DNA of 50,700 nt from a virus (Duplodnaviria; Caudoviricetes), in the IMG/VR virus record IMGVR_UViG_3300028024_000181, positions 1 through 50,700 of that record; one strand, written 5' to 3'. Numbering within the stretch: the first letter of the stretch is position 1; each line of letters begins with the position of its first letter. Positions 25,826 to 35,941 of this stretch are shown piece after piece. The position numbers were made by a program, and so were the translations under genes. Below the pieces are notes generated by a model. It worked only from the letters and a program-made list of their open reading frames with translations, had not been told where the DNA came from and ran no database searches.

Positions 25826-26509
25826 GTGTTGCGGATATCGGTGCGCGCTGATATGCAGGCGGCGGCTCGCAGCCTCAGTGCACTCGAGCAGAAACAGGTG
25901 CCGTTTGCTACCGCGCTCGCGTTGACCTCGCTGGTGAAGATCGCCCAGCAGGCAGAGAAGAAGGCGCTGCCTCAGATCTTTGACAGGCCGACGCCGTTCA
26001 CGGTCAATTCGATCGGCGTCAAGGGCGCTCGCAAGTCCAATCTCGAGGCGACGGTGTTCGTGAAGGACATCGCTGCCGCTTACCTCGCACCGTTTGAGTT
26101 TGGCGGTCCACACAAGCTCATCGGTTCGGGCAAGACCTGGCTGAACCCGAAGGACCGTGCTCTCCTGAACCAGTACGGCAACTTCTCCAAGTCCGCGCTG
26201 GACCGGCTCAAGGCGCGCCCCGACATATTCGTGGGCACGATCCATACGAGGACCGGCGAACAGATCGGTGGTGTGTGGCAGCGACCAGCGCCGACCAAGG
26301 TCATCCAGACCCCTGGCAAGCGGGCTACGAAGGTGCGCGGCGCCAACAAGACAGGTCACCTGAAGCTGCTCATACGGTTCGGTGATGCTGAGCCGGTCAA
26401 GCAGCATCTCGACTTCGGATCACGCGCAGAGGCGATCGTGAAGGCGAATGCAGCGGCCGAGTTTGCAAAGGCGTTGGCCAAGGCGCTCGCAACAGCCAAA
26501 CGTCGGTGA
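25826..26509 (+). CDS. Phage morphogenesis protein (tail-completion / gpZ-like)
   Basis: KQVPFATALALT..FDRPTPFT.NS motif. Confidence 0.7.
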   Translation: MLRISVRADMQAAARSLSALEQKQVPFATALALTSLVKIAQQAEKKALPQIFDRPTPFTVNSIGVKGARKSNLEATVFVKDIAAAYLAPFEFGGPHKLIGSGKTWLNPKDRALLNQYGNFSKSALDRLKARPDIFVGTIHTRTGEQIGGVWQRPAPTKVIQTPGKRATKVRGANKTGHLKLLIRFGDAEPVKQHLDFGSRAEAIVKANAAAEFAKALAKALATAKRR

Positions 26510-26607
26510 AGCGTGCAGGCCGGCGTGCCCGCAGAGCCCCGCCCAGCAAGGCTTTGCTGGCAGTGCTCAAAAAATAGGCAAATCCGGTCGTCGCACCACG
26601 TTGGTGC

Positions 26608-26800
26608 GGGTCCTTCCCACCGCCCTTCCGGAACGCGGGCACTGCGCGCGCCCGTTCTTCCCGTTCTTCTGAGTAAAAAAAACGCGTTACACGTTACACG
26701 GCGGTGACGCGGCGCACGGCGCAAACCCTTATGGCAACTGGCGAGACTGGTGTAACGCGGAAAAATCGCGGCGTTACACAGAGCGCTGGCGCCGTTACAC
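26608..26800 (+). other. Putative cos packaging site
   Basis: GGGTCCT (lambda cosQ sequence) at 26608, dyad CGGGC-N9-GCCCG at 26636-26654, five GTTACAC copies. Confidence 0.6.
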
Positions 26801-27378
26801 CGGCGACGATCGGGAAGGCCGCGCTCTGTGAAGCGCTAGGGTGGACGCGGCCGCGGCTCGATCGACGCCTCGACGGCGATGGAAATTTCCCGGTCGCGAA
26901 ACGTGGCACGCGCGCCGGCGGCTGGGAATTCGATCTCGCCGCGGTCCGGACATACCTCGGCGTCGCGCCGAAGGAAGCGGGCGAGCCGACGCCGGCGCCG
27001 GCATCGAAGACGCAGGGCCGCGCGCCGATCGACTCGCGCACGCCGTTCGCTGAACCGAAGTACACGGTCGTGCCGCCCGCCGGCGTCGAGCCAGTTGTGC
27101 ATGCGGGCGAGCAGACGGCGCGTCAGCGACGCGATGCGGTGCAGGCGGAGATCCTTGAGGACAAGCTGCGGCGCGATCGCGGTGAGCTCGTGCAGGTCGA
27201 GGTTATGCGCCAGGTGTTGAACACGATGCTTGCGCATCTCGGCAAAGGGCTCGACCGGCTGTCCGACCAGGTCGTCGAGCGCTGTGGTTTGCCGGAGGAA
27301 TACGCGGACCAGATTCGCGCGGTGACCGACGATCTGCGTCGCGCAATGGCGGACGAATTACGCGTGCTGCTGGAGTAG
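26704..27378 (+). CDS. Terminase small subunit (Nu1-like)
   Basis: wHTH (LCEALGWTRPRLDRR..FPV..GWEFDL..V), coiled coil ending RGELV; start uncertain. Confidence 0.8.
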   Translation: MTRRTAQTLMATGETGVTRKNRGVTQSAGAVTPATIGKAALCEALGWTRPRLDRRLDGDGNFPVAKRGTRAGGWEFDLAAVRTYLGVAPKEAGEPTPAPASKTQGRAPIDSRTPFAEPKYTVVPPAGVEPVVHAGEQTARQRRDAVQAEILEDKLRRDRGELVQVEVMRQVLNTMLAHLGKGLDRLSDQVVERCGLPEEYADQIRAVTDDLRRAMADELRVLLE

Positions 27379-27382
27379 CACG

Positions 27383-30300
27383 ATGCTCGAACTCGAATAT
27401 GCCGACCCGTACCAGGTCGCGCGCGAGTCACTCAGCTCGCTTGTGCCGCCCGAGCGGCAGACCGTCGCAGAGTACGCGGTGCTGCACCGGCACCTGTCGA
27501 ACCAGGGCGGCGGTTATGTCGGTCGCTGGCACCACGAAAAAGCGCCGTACCTCGTCGGCCCGATGGAGACGCTTACGCGTCTCGACTATCTGACGACGGT
27601 GGTGGTCGGGCCCGGCCAGTCCGGCAAGGCTCTCGCGCTTGACACGCCGATCCCGACGCCGACCGGATGGTCGACTATGGGTGCGCTGCGCGTCGGCGAT
27701 AGGGTGTTCGATGAGCGCGGCCGCGTCTGCTCCGTCACGTTCGTGACCGACGTGATGCTTAACCATCTCTGCTACCGGGTTTCGTTTTCCGATGGCACCT
27801 CGATCGTGGCTGATGCGGACCACATCTGGGCGGTGGAAACGCACGCACGCCTGCGCTTGCCTGATGGATCACGACCGCACGTGTGGGATGCGAAGAAGCT
27901 GATCACCACCGAACGCATGTCGCGGGACGCGGTCAACGAGCGTGCTGATACGACAAATCGATACGCGATCCGAGTCGCGGGTGCTCTCGAACTGCCGGAG
28001 GTCGAGTTACTGATTGATCCATACGTGCTTGGTGTCTGGCTCGGTGACGGGAACTCGCATTCGGCCCAGTTCACGATTCACGAGAACGACCGGCGGATTG
28101 CCGATGAGATCGAGCGCGCGGGATACCCGGTGGAGACTGTTGCGCGAACGCCTACTGGCGTACTGACATTGCAGTTGCGCGTCCCCGGCTGGGATCTAAA
28201 CTTCTGCTCGCGAGGACATGATCGTAGGATCAAGCCAGACTACGCGCGCGGCGACTGCCGTGAATGCGTGCAGCAGGATGCGATGTTTCGCAAATACGGA
28301 ACCCCACGCGACGAACCTCGTGCGCGCGATACATTCTCGGCGCGGCTCCAGTGCCTCGGGGTATTGAAGGACAAGCACATCCCGGCCGCGTATCTGCGAG
28401 CGAGCCGCGCGCAGAGACTTGCGCTGCTTCAGGGGCTGATGGACACAGATGGCACGATCGGTAAAACGGGGAGCCGTGCGCAGTTCTCCAGTTGCAGTGA
28501 ACGGCTGTCGAGAGACACTCTGGAGCTTGTGCGATCGCTTGGTCTGAAGCCGACGATCCGTTCGCGTATCGCGCATGCGGTTGTGAATGGCATGCCGAGT
28601 GGCGGATCCAACGCATATAGCGTTGATTTCACGGCGTACGCCGAGATACACGTGTTCAGGTTGCCGCGCAAGGCCGCGCGGCAGATCTCGAGCATCGGGC
28701 GCCGCGTGACGGAAACCAGGCGTCGACGGGTCGTCGGCGTTTCACGCGTTGAATCCGTTCCCGTTCGATGCATTCAGGTCGACAGCGAGTCGCATCTTTA
28801 TCTCGCTGGCGAAGCGATGGTTCCGACGCACAATACAGAGATTGCGCAGAACTGGCTGCTCAAGTCGGTGGCCAACGACCCGGCCGACGTGCTGTGGTAC
28901 ATGCAGACCGACCCGGGTCTCGAGTCGTATGTGAAGAGCCGGATCAACCCGATGATCGACTCGCATCCCGAGATGGCGATGCGCCTCGGGTCGAAGCCGA
29001 TCGACGACTCGCTGCACTTCAAGCGGTTCGATGGGATGCGCGTCGAGTTTCTCTCGGCCGCGCCGAACAACGTCATCAACAAGTCGGCGCCGCGGATCGT
29101 TGCCGACGAGGTGGACGCCTACGACAAGGCGCTTGGCGACGTCAAGACTCTGCTCGATGTGCGCCGGCAGACCTTTCAGCGTCAATCGATGCTGTTGGCC
29201 ATGAGCCACCCGGACCGCGCGCGCGGCCTCGTCCCGGATCGCGACTGGTCGGAAGGGATCATGGCCATGTACGGCGACAGCGATCGTCGCATCTGGTATT
29301 GGCCATGCCCACACTGTGGCGCATGGTCTAGTCCTGTTCCGATCGCGGCGCGCTATATGGCGCTGCACTACGACGAGAAACAGACGCTCGATGAGATCGA
29401 GCGGAATACGCGACTCATATGTCCAGTGAATGGATGCCTCATTGAGGACCGCGAGCGGCGCGCGATGAATGTCGCCGCGTTCCGGTCCCCGTTCGGTGGA
29501 TGGATCGGCGACGGTCAGGAGATATCGCAGGACGGGATTGTCACTGGCGAACTGGTTGCCCGTAAAAGTGCGGGCTTCTGGATCGTCGGTGCGATGTCGC
29601 CGTTCATCCTGGGCGGCATCGGCGGTCTCGCGCGGGCGAAGGTCAAGGCAGAGCGTGAGCTGGAGGTCAGCGGCGAAGACATGGCGCTCCGCCAGGTCAC
29701 GGTCAAGCAGCTCGGCTTTCCCTATGCAGCAACGCGCGGTGTCGGTTCGATCGACGCGAATGTACTTGCCGAGCGCGCGGATTCGGAACTGAAACTCGGC
29801 ATCGTGCCCGAAGGCGTGCGCTTCCTCGTTACCGCCATCGACTGTCAGCTCGCGCACTTCGAGTGGCTTACACGCGGATTCGGTATCGACGGAGAAAGCT
29901 GGGTCATCGACAAGGGTCGCATACCCGGCGATCCCGCGACATCCGCGGAAGACTGGGATCAGATCATCAACCTGATCAAGCGGACATATCCGCTTGCCGA
30001 CGGATCTGGTCGCGCAATGCCCGTCCGCGCGCTGGGTTTTGACAGCTACGGGCAGCCGGGCGTGACGCAGCAGGCCTATGCCGCGTGGCGACGCTGGAAG
30101 AAGGCCGGTCTCACGCGGTTGATCGGGAAGATCTCCGGGCGGGATGCGTGGACGGTCATTCCGACGAAGGGTGCCGACAAGCTCGCCGCGCCGCGCCTGA
30201 TGGTCGTGTATCCGGATACGTCGCGCAAGGCAAACCGGGCGGCCTCGAGTGGTGACGTTCCGGTCGCGCGTTTCAACCCGAATCTGTTCAAGGATGACCT

Positions 30301-30691
30301 CGCCGGACAGCTGCAGCTCGCCGAGCCGGGAAAGCTGTATGTGCATTTTCCGCACGCGTTGCGCTCGCAGGAGCAGCCACACGTGTGGTTCGAGCAGCTC
30401 ACGTCCGAAACGCGCACGAAGAACGGCGGTTGGGAAAAGAGCGCCGCGGGTCGCCGTAACGAAGCACTCGACCTGATGGTGCTGACGCACATGCTCGCGC
30501 AATTGCATGGTCTGAACCGCATTTCGTGGGACAAGCCGCCCTCCTGGGCAAAGCCGTGGGACACCAACTCGTCCCTCGTCGCGGTGAGCACGGCTTCGAC
30601 AAGCCCCGGCTCAACCGGATCCACGTCGTCGACGGCGCCGCAAAGCGCGCCGCGCGAGAAGAAAAAGTCAGCAGTTCACCGGTACCGATAA
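27383..30691 (+). CDS. Terminase large subunit (lambda GpA family) with intein
   Basis: Walker A GPGQSGK/T split by intein; Walker B IVADEVD; CPHC; RNEALD. Confidence 0.95.
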   Translation: MLELEYADPYQVARESLSSLVPPERQTVAEYAVLHRHLSNQGGGYVGRWHHEKAPYLVGPMETLTRLDYLTTVVVGPGQSGKALALDTPIPTPTGWSTMGALRVGDRVFDERGRVCSVTFVTDVMLNHLCYRVSFSDGTSIVADADHIWAVETHARLRLPDGSRPHVWDAKKLITTERMSRDAVNERADTTNRYAIRVAGALELPEVELLIDPYVLGVWLGDGNSHSAQFTIHENDRRIADEIERAGYPVETVARTPTGVLTLQLRVPGWDLNFCSRGHDRRIKPDYARGDCRECVQQDAMFRKYGTPRDEPRARDTFSARLQCLGVLKDKHIPAAYLRASRAQRLALLQGLMDTDGTIGKTGSRAQFSSCSERLSRDTLELVRSLGLKPTIRSRIAHAVVNGMPSGGSNAYSVDFTAYAEIHVFRLPRKAARQISSIGRRVTETRRRRVVGVSRVESVPVRCIQVDSESHLYLAGEAMVPTHNTEIAQNWLLKSVANDPADVLWYMQTDPGLESYVKSRINPMIDSHPEMAMRLGSKPIDDSLHFKRFDGMRVEFLSAAPNNVINKSAPRIVADEVDAYDKALGDVKTLLDVRRQTFQRQSMLLAMSHPDRARGLVPDRDWSEGIMAMYGDSDRRIWYWPCPHCGAWSSPVPIAARYMALHYDEKQTLDEIERNTRLICPVNGCLIEDRERRAMNVAAFRSPFGGWIGDGQEISQDGIVTGELVARKSAGFWIVGAMSPFILGGIGGLARAKVKAERELEVSGEDMALRQVTVKQLGFPYAATRGVGSIDANVLAERADSELKLGIVPEGVRFLVTAIDCQLAHFEWLTRGFGIDGESWVIDKGRIPGDPATSAEDWDQIINLIKRTYPLADGSGRAMPVRALGFDSYGQPGVTQQAYAAWRRWKKAGLTRLIGKISGRDAWTVIPTKGADKLAAPRLMVVYPDTSRKANRAASSGDVPVARFNPNLFKDDLAGQLQLAEPGKLYVHFPHALRSQEQPHVWFEQLTSETRTKNGGWEKSAAGRRNEALDLMVLTHMLAQLHGLNRISWDKPPSWAKPWDTNSSLVAVSTASTSPGSTGSTSSTAPQSAPREKKKSAVHRYR
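27629..28834 (+). mobile_element. Class 3 intein with LAGLIDADG endonuclease (402 aa)
   Basis: Begins ALALDTPIPTP, ends VPTHN/T; W (DHIW), C (VRCIQV), T (PTHN) triad; LGVWLGDG and LQGLMDTDG. Confidence 0.93.
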
Positions 30692-30693
30692 AC

Positions 30694-30963
30694 ATGGCCA
30701 CAAACGATCTCTGTTCGCCGCTGTACGGCATGACCGATGCGCAGCTGCAGGCCGCGCTCGCGGCCGCGCAGCAGGCGTATATCGATCTGCGCACGGGAGA
30801 CAAGGCCGTGACGGTGGCATACGCGCAGGGTGATGGGTCGCGGAGCGTCACATTCCAGACCACGAACCTTGCCGCGGTCCGGATGTTTATAAGTGACCTG
30901 CAGGCAGCTCTCAACCCGGGCGTGAAGATGTGCAAGCGCCGTCGCATGGTTCCGTTGTTCTGA
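30694..30963 (+). CDS. gpW-like head-tail joining protein
   Basis: L..AQQAY.DL.TG.K.V.V...DG.RSV.F; lies between terminase and portal. Confidence 0.85.
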   Translation: MATNDLCSPLYGMTDAQLQAALAAAQQAYIDLRTGDKAVTVAYAQGDGSRSVTFQTTNLAAVRMFISDLQAALNPGVKMCKRRRMVPLF

Positions 30964-32618
30964 TGAGCAGCGCAACCACACTGGTCGACGCGAGCGGCCG
31001 GCCGCTGCGCGCGCGCGCGAATACCGGCGCCGGTCCTGGTAACCTGGCGAACAACGTGGGCCGTGCGTTCTTCCCGTATCAGGCCGCGGACTGGCAGACG
31101 CAGGAGATGGGCGCGTGGCTGCCGTGGATCCGCTCACCCGATGCCGAGATCAACCAGTTCCGCGACCGCATGGTCGCGCGCTCGCGCGACCAGGTTCGCA
31201 ACGACGGTCGCTCGAGCGGCGGTATCACGCGGATCCTCGACAACGCCGTCGGCGCCTCGCTGCGTTTGTCGGCGGCGCCGGACTATCGCGCGCTCGCCGA
31301 GATCAGCGGAGCAGCTTTCGATATCAAGTGGGCGAATGAATTCAGGCGTGCAGTAGAGGCACGGTGGCGCCTCTTTTCGAACGATTTTGGTCGCTACAAC
31401 GACGTGTCCCGTCAGCTCACCGTCTCGCAGCAACTGCGCCTAGCGTTGCGCCACAAGCTGATTGATGGCGAGGACCTGGTCATCAATTACTGGATGCCGG
31501 AACGGGTGGGGCGCGGCGGCGCGCGATATGCGACGGCCTATCTCGTTGTGGATCCTGACCGCCTGTCGAATCCCAACCAGATGGTCGACACGCGCCATAT
31601 GCGCAATGGCGTGGAAGTGGATGAAAACGGCGTGCCGCTGGCGTACCACATCCGCAAAGCGCACCAGAACGACTGGTACAACTCCGTCGAAAGCATGATC
31701 TGGGAGCGCGTCGAACGCGAGGATGACGACGGCTGGCTGCGCGTGATCCACGACTTCGAGCGTGATCGCGCCGGCCAGAACCGTGGTGTGGGCGTCTTTA
31801 TTCCAGTGCTCGCACACGCAAAGATGCTTGCGCGCTACTACGGTATCGAGCTGCAGGCGGCAGCGCTCGCCGCGTCGATCGGTACATACGTCACCAGCCC
31901 ATACGACCCGTCGGAAGTTCAGGACGCGGTCGGCGGCGAGGATCACGAGCTCGGTTATTACCAGGGTCTGCGGGCGGAATGGAACGAAGAGCGCCCGGCG
32001 ATGTTCAACGGTGTGCGCGTGCCGGCGCTTGCGCCCGGCGAAGACATCAAGGCGCTCACGTCCGACCATCCGCACAACGGCTTTACCGAGTTCGTGCACG
32101 AGATGCAGGGCTGTGTTGCATCGGCCCTCGGGATTTCGCTCGAGCAGGTTACGCAGGACTGGTCGAGGAGCAACTACTCGAATATGCGTGGCTCTTTGCT
32201 GGAGAGCTGGAAGACGCTGATTCGACGTCGGCTCGAATTTTCCGCAGGTACGGCGACTCCCATGTACGCCGTTTGGCTTCGCGAATCGATGGAGAACGGC
32301 GAGCTGCCGCTTCCGAACGGCGCGCCCGACTTCCTGGATGGGGTGACGGCATACGCGGGCTGCAGCTGGCTCGGGCCTGCACGCGGCTGGGTAGATCCGG
32401 TGAAAGAGCCGCAGGGTTCGATCCTGAAGATGGATGCGGCGCTGACCACGCTCAAGCAGGAAGCCGCCGAGCAGGGCTCCGACTGGGAGGAACTGCTCGA
32501 TCAGCGTCAGATCGAGATCGAGGCCTTCCGCGAACGCGGCATTCCATTGCCCGAATGGGGCGGAAGTGAAATGGCCACCCGCACCGATGAACCCCCTCAG
32601 CAACCGCAGGCAGCATGA
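30963..32618 (+). CDS. Portal protein, lambda family
   Basis: ARSRD.VRND, GQ.RG, D.SRSNYS..R, GWVDP.KE. Confidence 0.95.
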   Translation: MSSATTLVDASGRPLRARANTGAGPGNLANNVGRAFFPYQAADWQTQEMGAWLPWIRSPDAEINQFRDRMVARSRDQVRNDGRSSGGITRILDNAVGASLRLSAAPDYRALAEISGAAFDIKWANEFRRAVEARWRLFSNDFGRYNDVSRQLTVSQQLRLALRHKLIDGEDLVINYWMPERVGRGGARYATAYLVVDPDRLSNPNQMVDTRHMRNGVEVDENGVPLAYHIRKAHQNDWYNSVESMIWERVEREDDDGWLRVIHDFERDRAGQNRGVGVFIPVLAHAKMLARYYGIELQAAALAASIGTYVTSPYDPSEVQDAVGGEDHELGYYQGLRAEWNEERPAMFNGVRVPALAPGEDIKALTSDHPHNGFTEFVHEMQGCVASALGISLEQVTQDWSRSNYSNMRGSLLESWKTLIRRRLEFSAGTATPMYAVWLRESMENGELPLPNGAPDFLDGVTAYAGCSWLGPARGWVDPVKEPQGSILKMDAALTTLKQEAAEQGSDWEELLDQRQIEIEAFRERGIPLPEWGGSEMATRTDEPPQQPQAA

Positions 32619-33496
32619 GCAACTATCCGCATCTTGCAACGCGGCTTTTCAACGTGCCGATCGCTATCGCGCCGCAGAAGGCTGAAATCGTTATGGCAGC
32701 GCTCGCGGACCGCTTCGGAATCGCGAAGATGTTCCGCGGCAGCGGCGACATGGTGGTGCTGGCTGACGGCGGCGCGCAGGCATTCCTGCAAAGCGCCGAC
32801 ACATCGCGAGCCGACTATCGCCCGTATGAGGTCGTGGAGGGGGTTGCGATCGTTCCTATCGAGGGAACGCTTGTGCACAAGCTCGGCGAATTGCGGCCCT
32901 ATTCGGGCATGACCGGTTACGACGGCATCCGTGCCAATCTGAGCATGGCGATGGCCGACGAGGGCGTGCGAGCGATCGTGCTGGACATCGATTCGCCCGG
33001 CGGCGAGGTCGCCGGCTGCTTCGATCTCGTGGACTCGATCTATGCCGCGCGCGACGTCAAGCCGATTTGGGCCATTTGCACCGAGAGTGCCTATTCGGCC
33101 GCGTACGCGATCGCGACGGCGGCGAGCCGGATCATCGTCCCGCGCACCGGCGGCACCGGCAGCGTCGGCGTCATATGCATGCATGTCGATTTTTCGCAGG
33201 CGCTCACGAAAGCGGGAATCGAGGTCGAACTCATCTACTTCGGCGACAAGAAAGCGGACGGCAGCGACATGAAGCCGTTGTCGAAGGACGCGCGCGCGCG
33301 GTTTCAATCCGACGTCAACGCGATGGGCCAGTTATTTGTTGAGACCGTGGCGCGTAACCGCGGCCTCACTACCGCAAATGTGCGAGGCACACAGGCCGGC
33401 ACATTCCTCGGCGCCGCTGGCGTCGAAATCGGCTTCGCGGACGCAGTGATGTCGCCCGATGAAGCATTCGCATCCTTGCTCGACGAGCTGGGCTGA
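32615..33496 (+). CDS. S49 family capsid maturation protease
   Basis: LDIDSPGGEV, SAAYAIA, GSVGV. Confidence 0.95.
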   Translation: MSNYPHLATRLFNVPIAIAPQKAEIVMAALADRFGIAKMFRGSGDMVVLADGGAQAFLQSADTSRADYRPYEVVEGVAIVPIEGTLVHKLGELRPYSGMTGYDGIRANLSMAMADEGVRAIVLDIDSPGGEVAGCFDLVDSIYAARDVKPIWAICTESAYSAAYAIATAASRIIVPRTGGTGSVGVICMHVDFSQALTKAGIEVELIYFGDKKADGSDMKPLSKDARARFQSDVNAMGQLFVETVARNRGLTTANVRGTQAGTFLGAAGVEIGFADAVMSPDEAFASLLDELG

Positions 33497-33521
33497 CTTA
33501 TCCCACCAACAGGGTAATCAC

Positions 33522-34127
33522 ATGAGCAATTTGTTTCGTAACCTGGCTGCGCGAGGTGGTATCAGCTTCGCCCACCTCGGTAAAGGAGCGGCCCGTGCGG
33601 CCGACGATACGCCTCCCCCTGACGACAAAGGCGGCAAGAACGGCAAAGCCGAAGGCGAAGATACGGGCGATGGTGATCAGAACCGCGAAAACGGCGATGG
33701 CAAAGCCGAAGGCGAAGATCCACCGCCGGACGACAAGGGCGGAAAGAAGGGCAAAGCGAAGGGCGAAGACGGCAAAGACGATCCGAACGCCGAGGACGAT
33801 GACGACGACGAAGAGGAGATGCGCGGCAATAGCGCAGCGGCGAGTGCACGTCGACGTGAGCGGATGCGCTGCGCCCAGATCATGGGCTCGCCGGCCGCAG
33901 GCAGGAACCCTGTTCTGGCCGCGAATCTTGCGTTCAACACGTCGATGACTCGCAAAGAGGCGCTAGCGGTGTTGACCGGCACTCCGGCGCCCGCGGCGAC
34001 CGCGCCGGTGTCACGTCGTAATCCGTCGCTTGGCGCTGGCGGTGAACGCGGGGTGAGTTCGGAACAGGCGATCGCATCCAGCTGGGACACCGCCATGCAG
34101 AAAGCACGGCCGGCGCGCAAGCGCTGA
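33522..34127 (+). CDS. Putative capsid scaffolding protein
   Basis: Charged repeats then RRRER.RCA.I..A..LAF.T; between protease and decoration genes. Confidence 0.7.
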   Translation: MSNLFRNLAARGGISFAHLGKGAARAADDTPPPDDKGGKNGKAEGEDTGDGDQNRENGDGKAEGEDPPPDDKGGKKGKAKGEDGKDDPNAEDDDDDEEEMRGNSAAASARRRERMRCAQIMGSPAAGRNPVLAANLAFNTSMTRKEALAVLTGTPAPAATAPVSRRNPSLGAGGERGVSSEQAIASSWDTAMQKARPARKR

Positions 34128-34167
34128 TCCGTCCCACCCGTCAATCGAACCCTCGAGGTAACTCACC

Positions 34168-34824
34168 ATGACGCAAACCCCTCTCATCGAAGGCCGCCAC
34201 GACGGTGGTTTTCTGGTCAGTGAATCGCGTGGCCACCGTTCCCGCGATCGCGGCACGCTCAGCGGCGCCGCAAAGATTCAGGCGGGCCAGGTCCTCGGCC
34301 GCAAGGTCGGCGGCACCGCGGCGGCCGCTGCCAAGGCCGGCAACACCGGCAATGGCATTTTCACGCTCGACGCGACGACGCCGGTCGTCGGCAATGCCCA
34401 GCCTGGCGTCTACGTCGTGCGATGCGCCACCGCTGCGGCAAACGGAGGCACCTTCCGCGTATTCGATCCGACGGGCGACGTGATCGGCGATGTGGCAGTC
34501 GGCGCCACCTTCAATGACCAGATCAAGTTCGTGATCGCCGACGGCGCGACGGACTTCGTGGTCGGCGACGAATTCGACGTGACGGTTTCCGCCCTGTCGA
34601 AAGCCTACGTGCCGCTCAGCCTGACGGCGACGGACGGATCGCAGGTCGCCTCCGCCATTTCGTTCGCGAACGTCGACGCGACGCTGGCGGACCAGACCGG
34701 CACCGTCGTCACGCGTGACTGCGAGGTCAATGGCTTCGAGCTGTTCTGGCCGACGGGCGCATCCGCGAATCAGATCTCCGCCGGCACCGCGCAGCTCGCT
34801 GCCTTGGGAATCATCGTTCGCTGA
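34168..34824 (+). CDS. Head decoration protein (gpD-like)
   Basis: FLVSE..SRD..AGQVLG..DGSQ.A..L.WP..L.ALGIIVR. Confidence 0.85.
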   Translation: MTQTPLIEGRHDGGFLVSESRGHRSRDRGTLSGAAKIQAGQVLGRKVGGTAAAAAKAGNTGNGIFTLDATTPVVGNAQPGVYVVRCATAAANGGTFRVFDPTGDVIGDVAVGATFNDQIKFVIADGATDFVVGDEFDVTVSALSKAYVPLSLTATDGSQVASAISFANVDATLADQTGTVVTRDCEVNGFELFWPTGASANQISAGTAQLAALGIIVR

Positions 34825-34900
34825 TCGCCCGTAGCTCTTCCACGTTTTTCCGATAACAGTCGGCCGCGCAAGCGGCCATTATTATTTCTGGAGCCAAATA

Positions 34901-35938
34901 ATGGCCAGTTTGGACGTGTTTCACCAGGATGCGTTTACGACCATCCAACTGACGACCGCGGTCGACAAATACCCGTTTCAGCCGACGGGCCTCGGCGATC
35001 TGAACATCTTCGAGCCGGACCCGATCCGCACGACGGCGCTTGCAGTCGAGCAGCGGCAGGGCAAGCTCGTCGTCGTCCCGTTCAGCGAGCGTGGTCAGGA
35101 GGGCACGCAACGTACGACGGAACAGCGTGAAGCGCGTTACTTCAAGGTGCCGCGCATCATGCATGCCGACACGCTGTACGCAAACGAAATCCAGGACATC
35201 CGCGCTTTCGGTACCGAGTCCGAGCTCATGCAGGTGCAGGCTGAAGTCGCGCGCCGTCTCAATGGACCAACGGGCCTCACGAGCAACATCGAGTACACGT
35301 GGGAATATCACCGTCTTGCCGCAGTGCAGGGCATGCTGCTCGACGCTGACGGCACGGTGAAATACAACTGGTTCGATGAATTCGGTATCACGCCACCGAG
35401 CCTGGTTCCGTTCAATCTGTCCGCACAGACTCCCAACAGCCTACGGCCCATCGTCAATGGCATTCGCCGGACGATGGCGCGCAAAGCGCAGGGCGCATTT
35501 CTGCCGACGACGAAGATCTTTGCGTTGTGCGGCGACCTGTTCTACGACGAATTGACCAATCACACGGACGTGATTCGGACCTACCTGAACTGGAGTGCGG
35601 CATCGGAGCTGCGCGACGACAGCCAGGGCGCTGCGTTCGAAGCGTTCCCATTCGCCGGGGTGACCTGGTCGAACTACCGCGGCTCGGACGACAACACGAC
35701 GCTCAAGATTCCGGACGACGAAGTTCACTTTTTCCCGGTCGGTGCGCCGGGTGTCTTCCGGGTGGCGTACGCGCCTGGCGAATCGTTTGAATGGGTCAAC
35801 ACCCCGGGCAAGCCGATCTATGTGATCCCGATCTACGATCGCGACCGCAACTCGTTCTGGAAGATGGAAGCGTATTCGTACCCGCTTCACATCTGCACGC
35901 GGCCGGAGGTTCTGCAAAAGGGCCACGCAGGCGCCTAA
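34901..35938 (+). CDS. Major capsid protein (gpE family)
   Basis: 345 aa; F....LT.AV..IE.T.EY.RL.A..G..LDADG..S.PL.ICTRP. Confidence 0.92.
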   Translation: MASLDVFHQDAFTTIQLTTAVDKYPFQPTGLGDLNIFEPDPIRTTALAVEQRQGKLVVVPFSERGQEGTQRTTEQREARYFKVPRIMHADTLYANEIQDIRAFGTESELMQVQAEVARRLNGPTGLTSNIEYTWEYHRLAAVQGMLLDADGTVKYNWFDEFGITPPSLVPFNLSAQTPNSLRPIVNGIRRTMARKAQGAFLPTTKIFALCGDLFYDELTNHTDVIRTYLNWSAASELRDDSQGAAFEAFPFAGVTWSNYRGSDDNTTLKIPDDEVHFFPVGAPGVFRVAYAPGESFEWVNTPGKPIYVIPIYDRDRNSFWKMEAYSYPLHICTRPEVLQKGHAGA

Positions 35939-35941
35939 GCC

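Noticed and set aside
28742-30508. Long antisense ORFs (588 aa here; also 8865-10046, 31440-32639, 36821-37966)
   Set aside because: Shadow frames of real genes, expected in GC-rich DNA; no SD or protein motifs
33616-33770. Repeated PPDDKGGK/GKAEGED units in the scaffold gene
   Set aside because: Ordinary low-complexity repeats in a scaffolding protein
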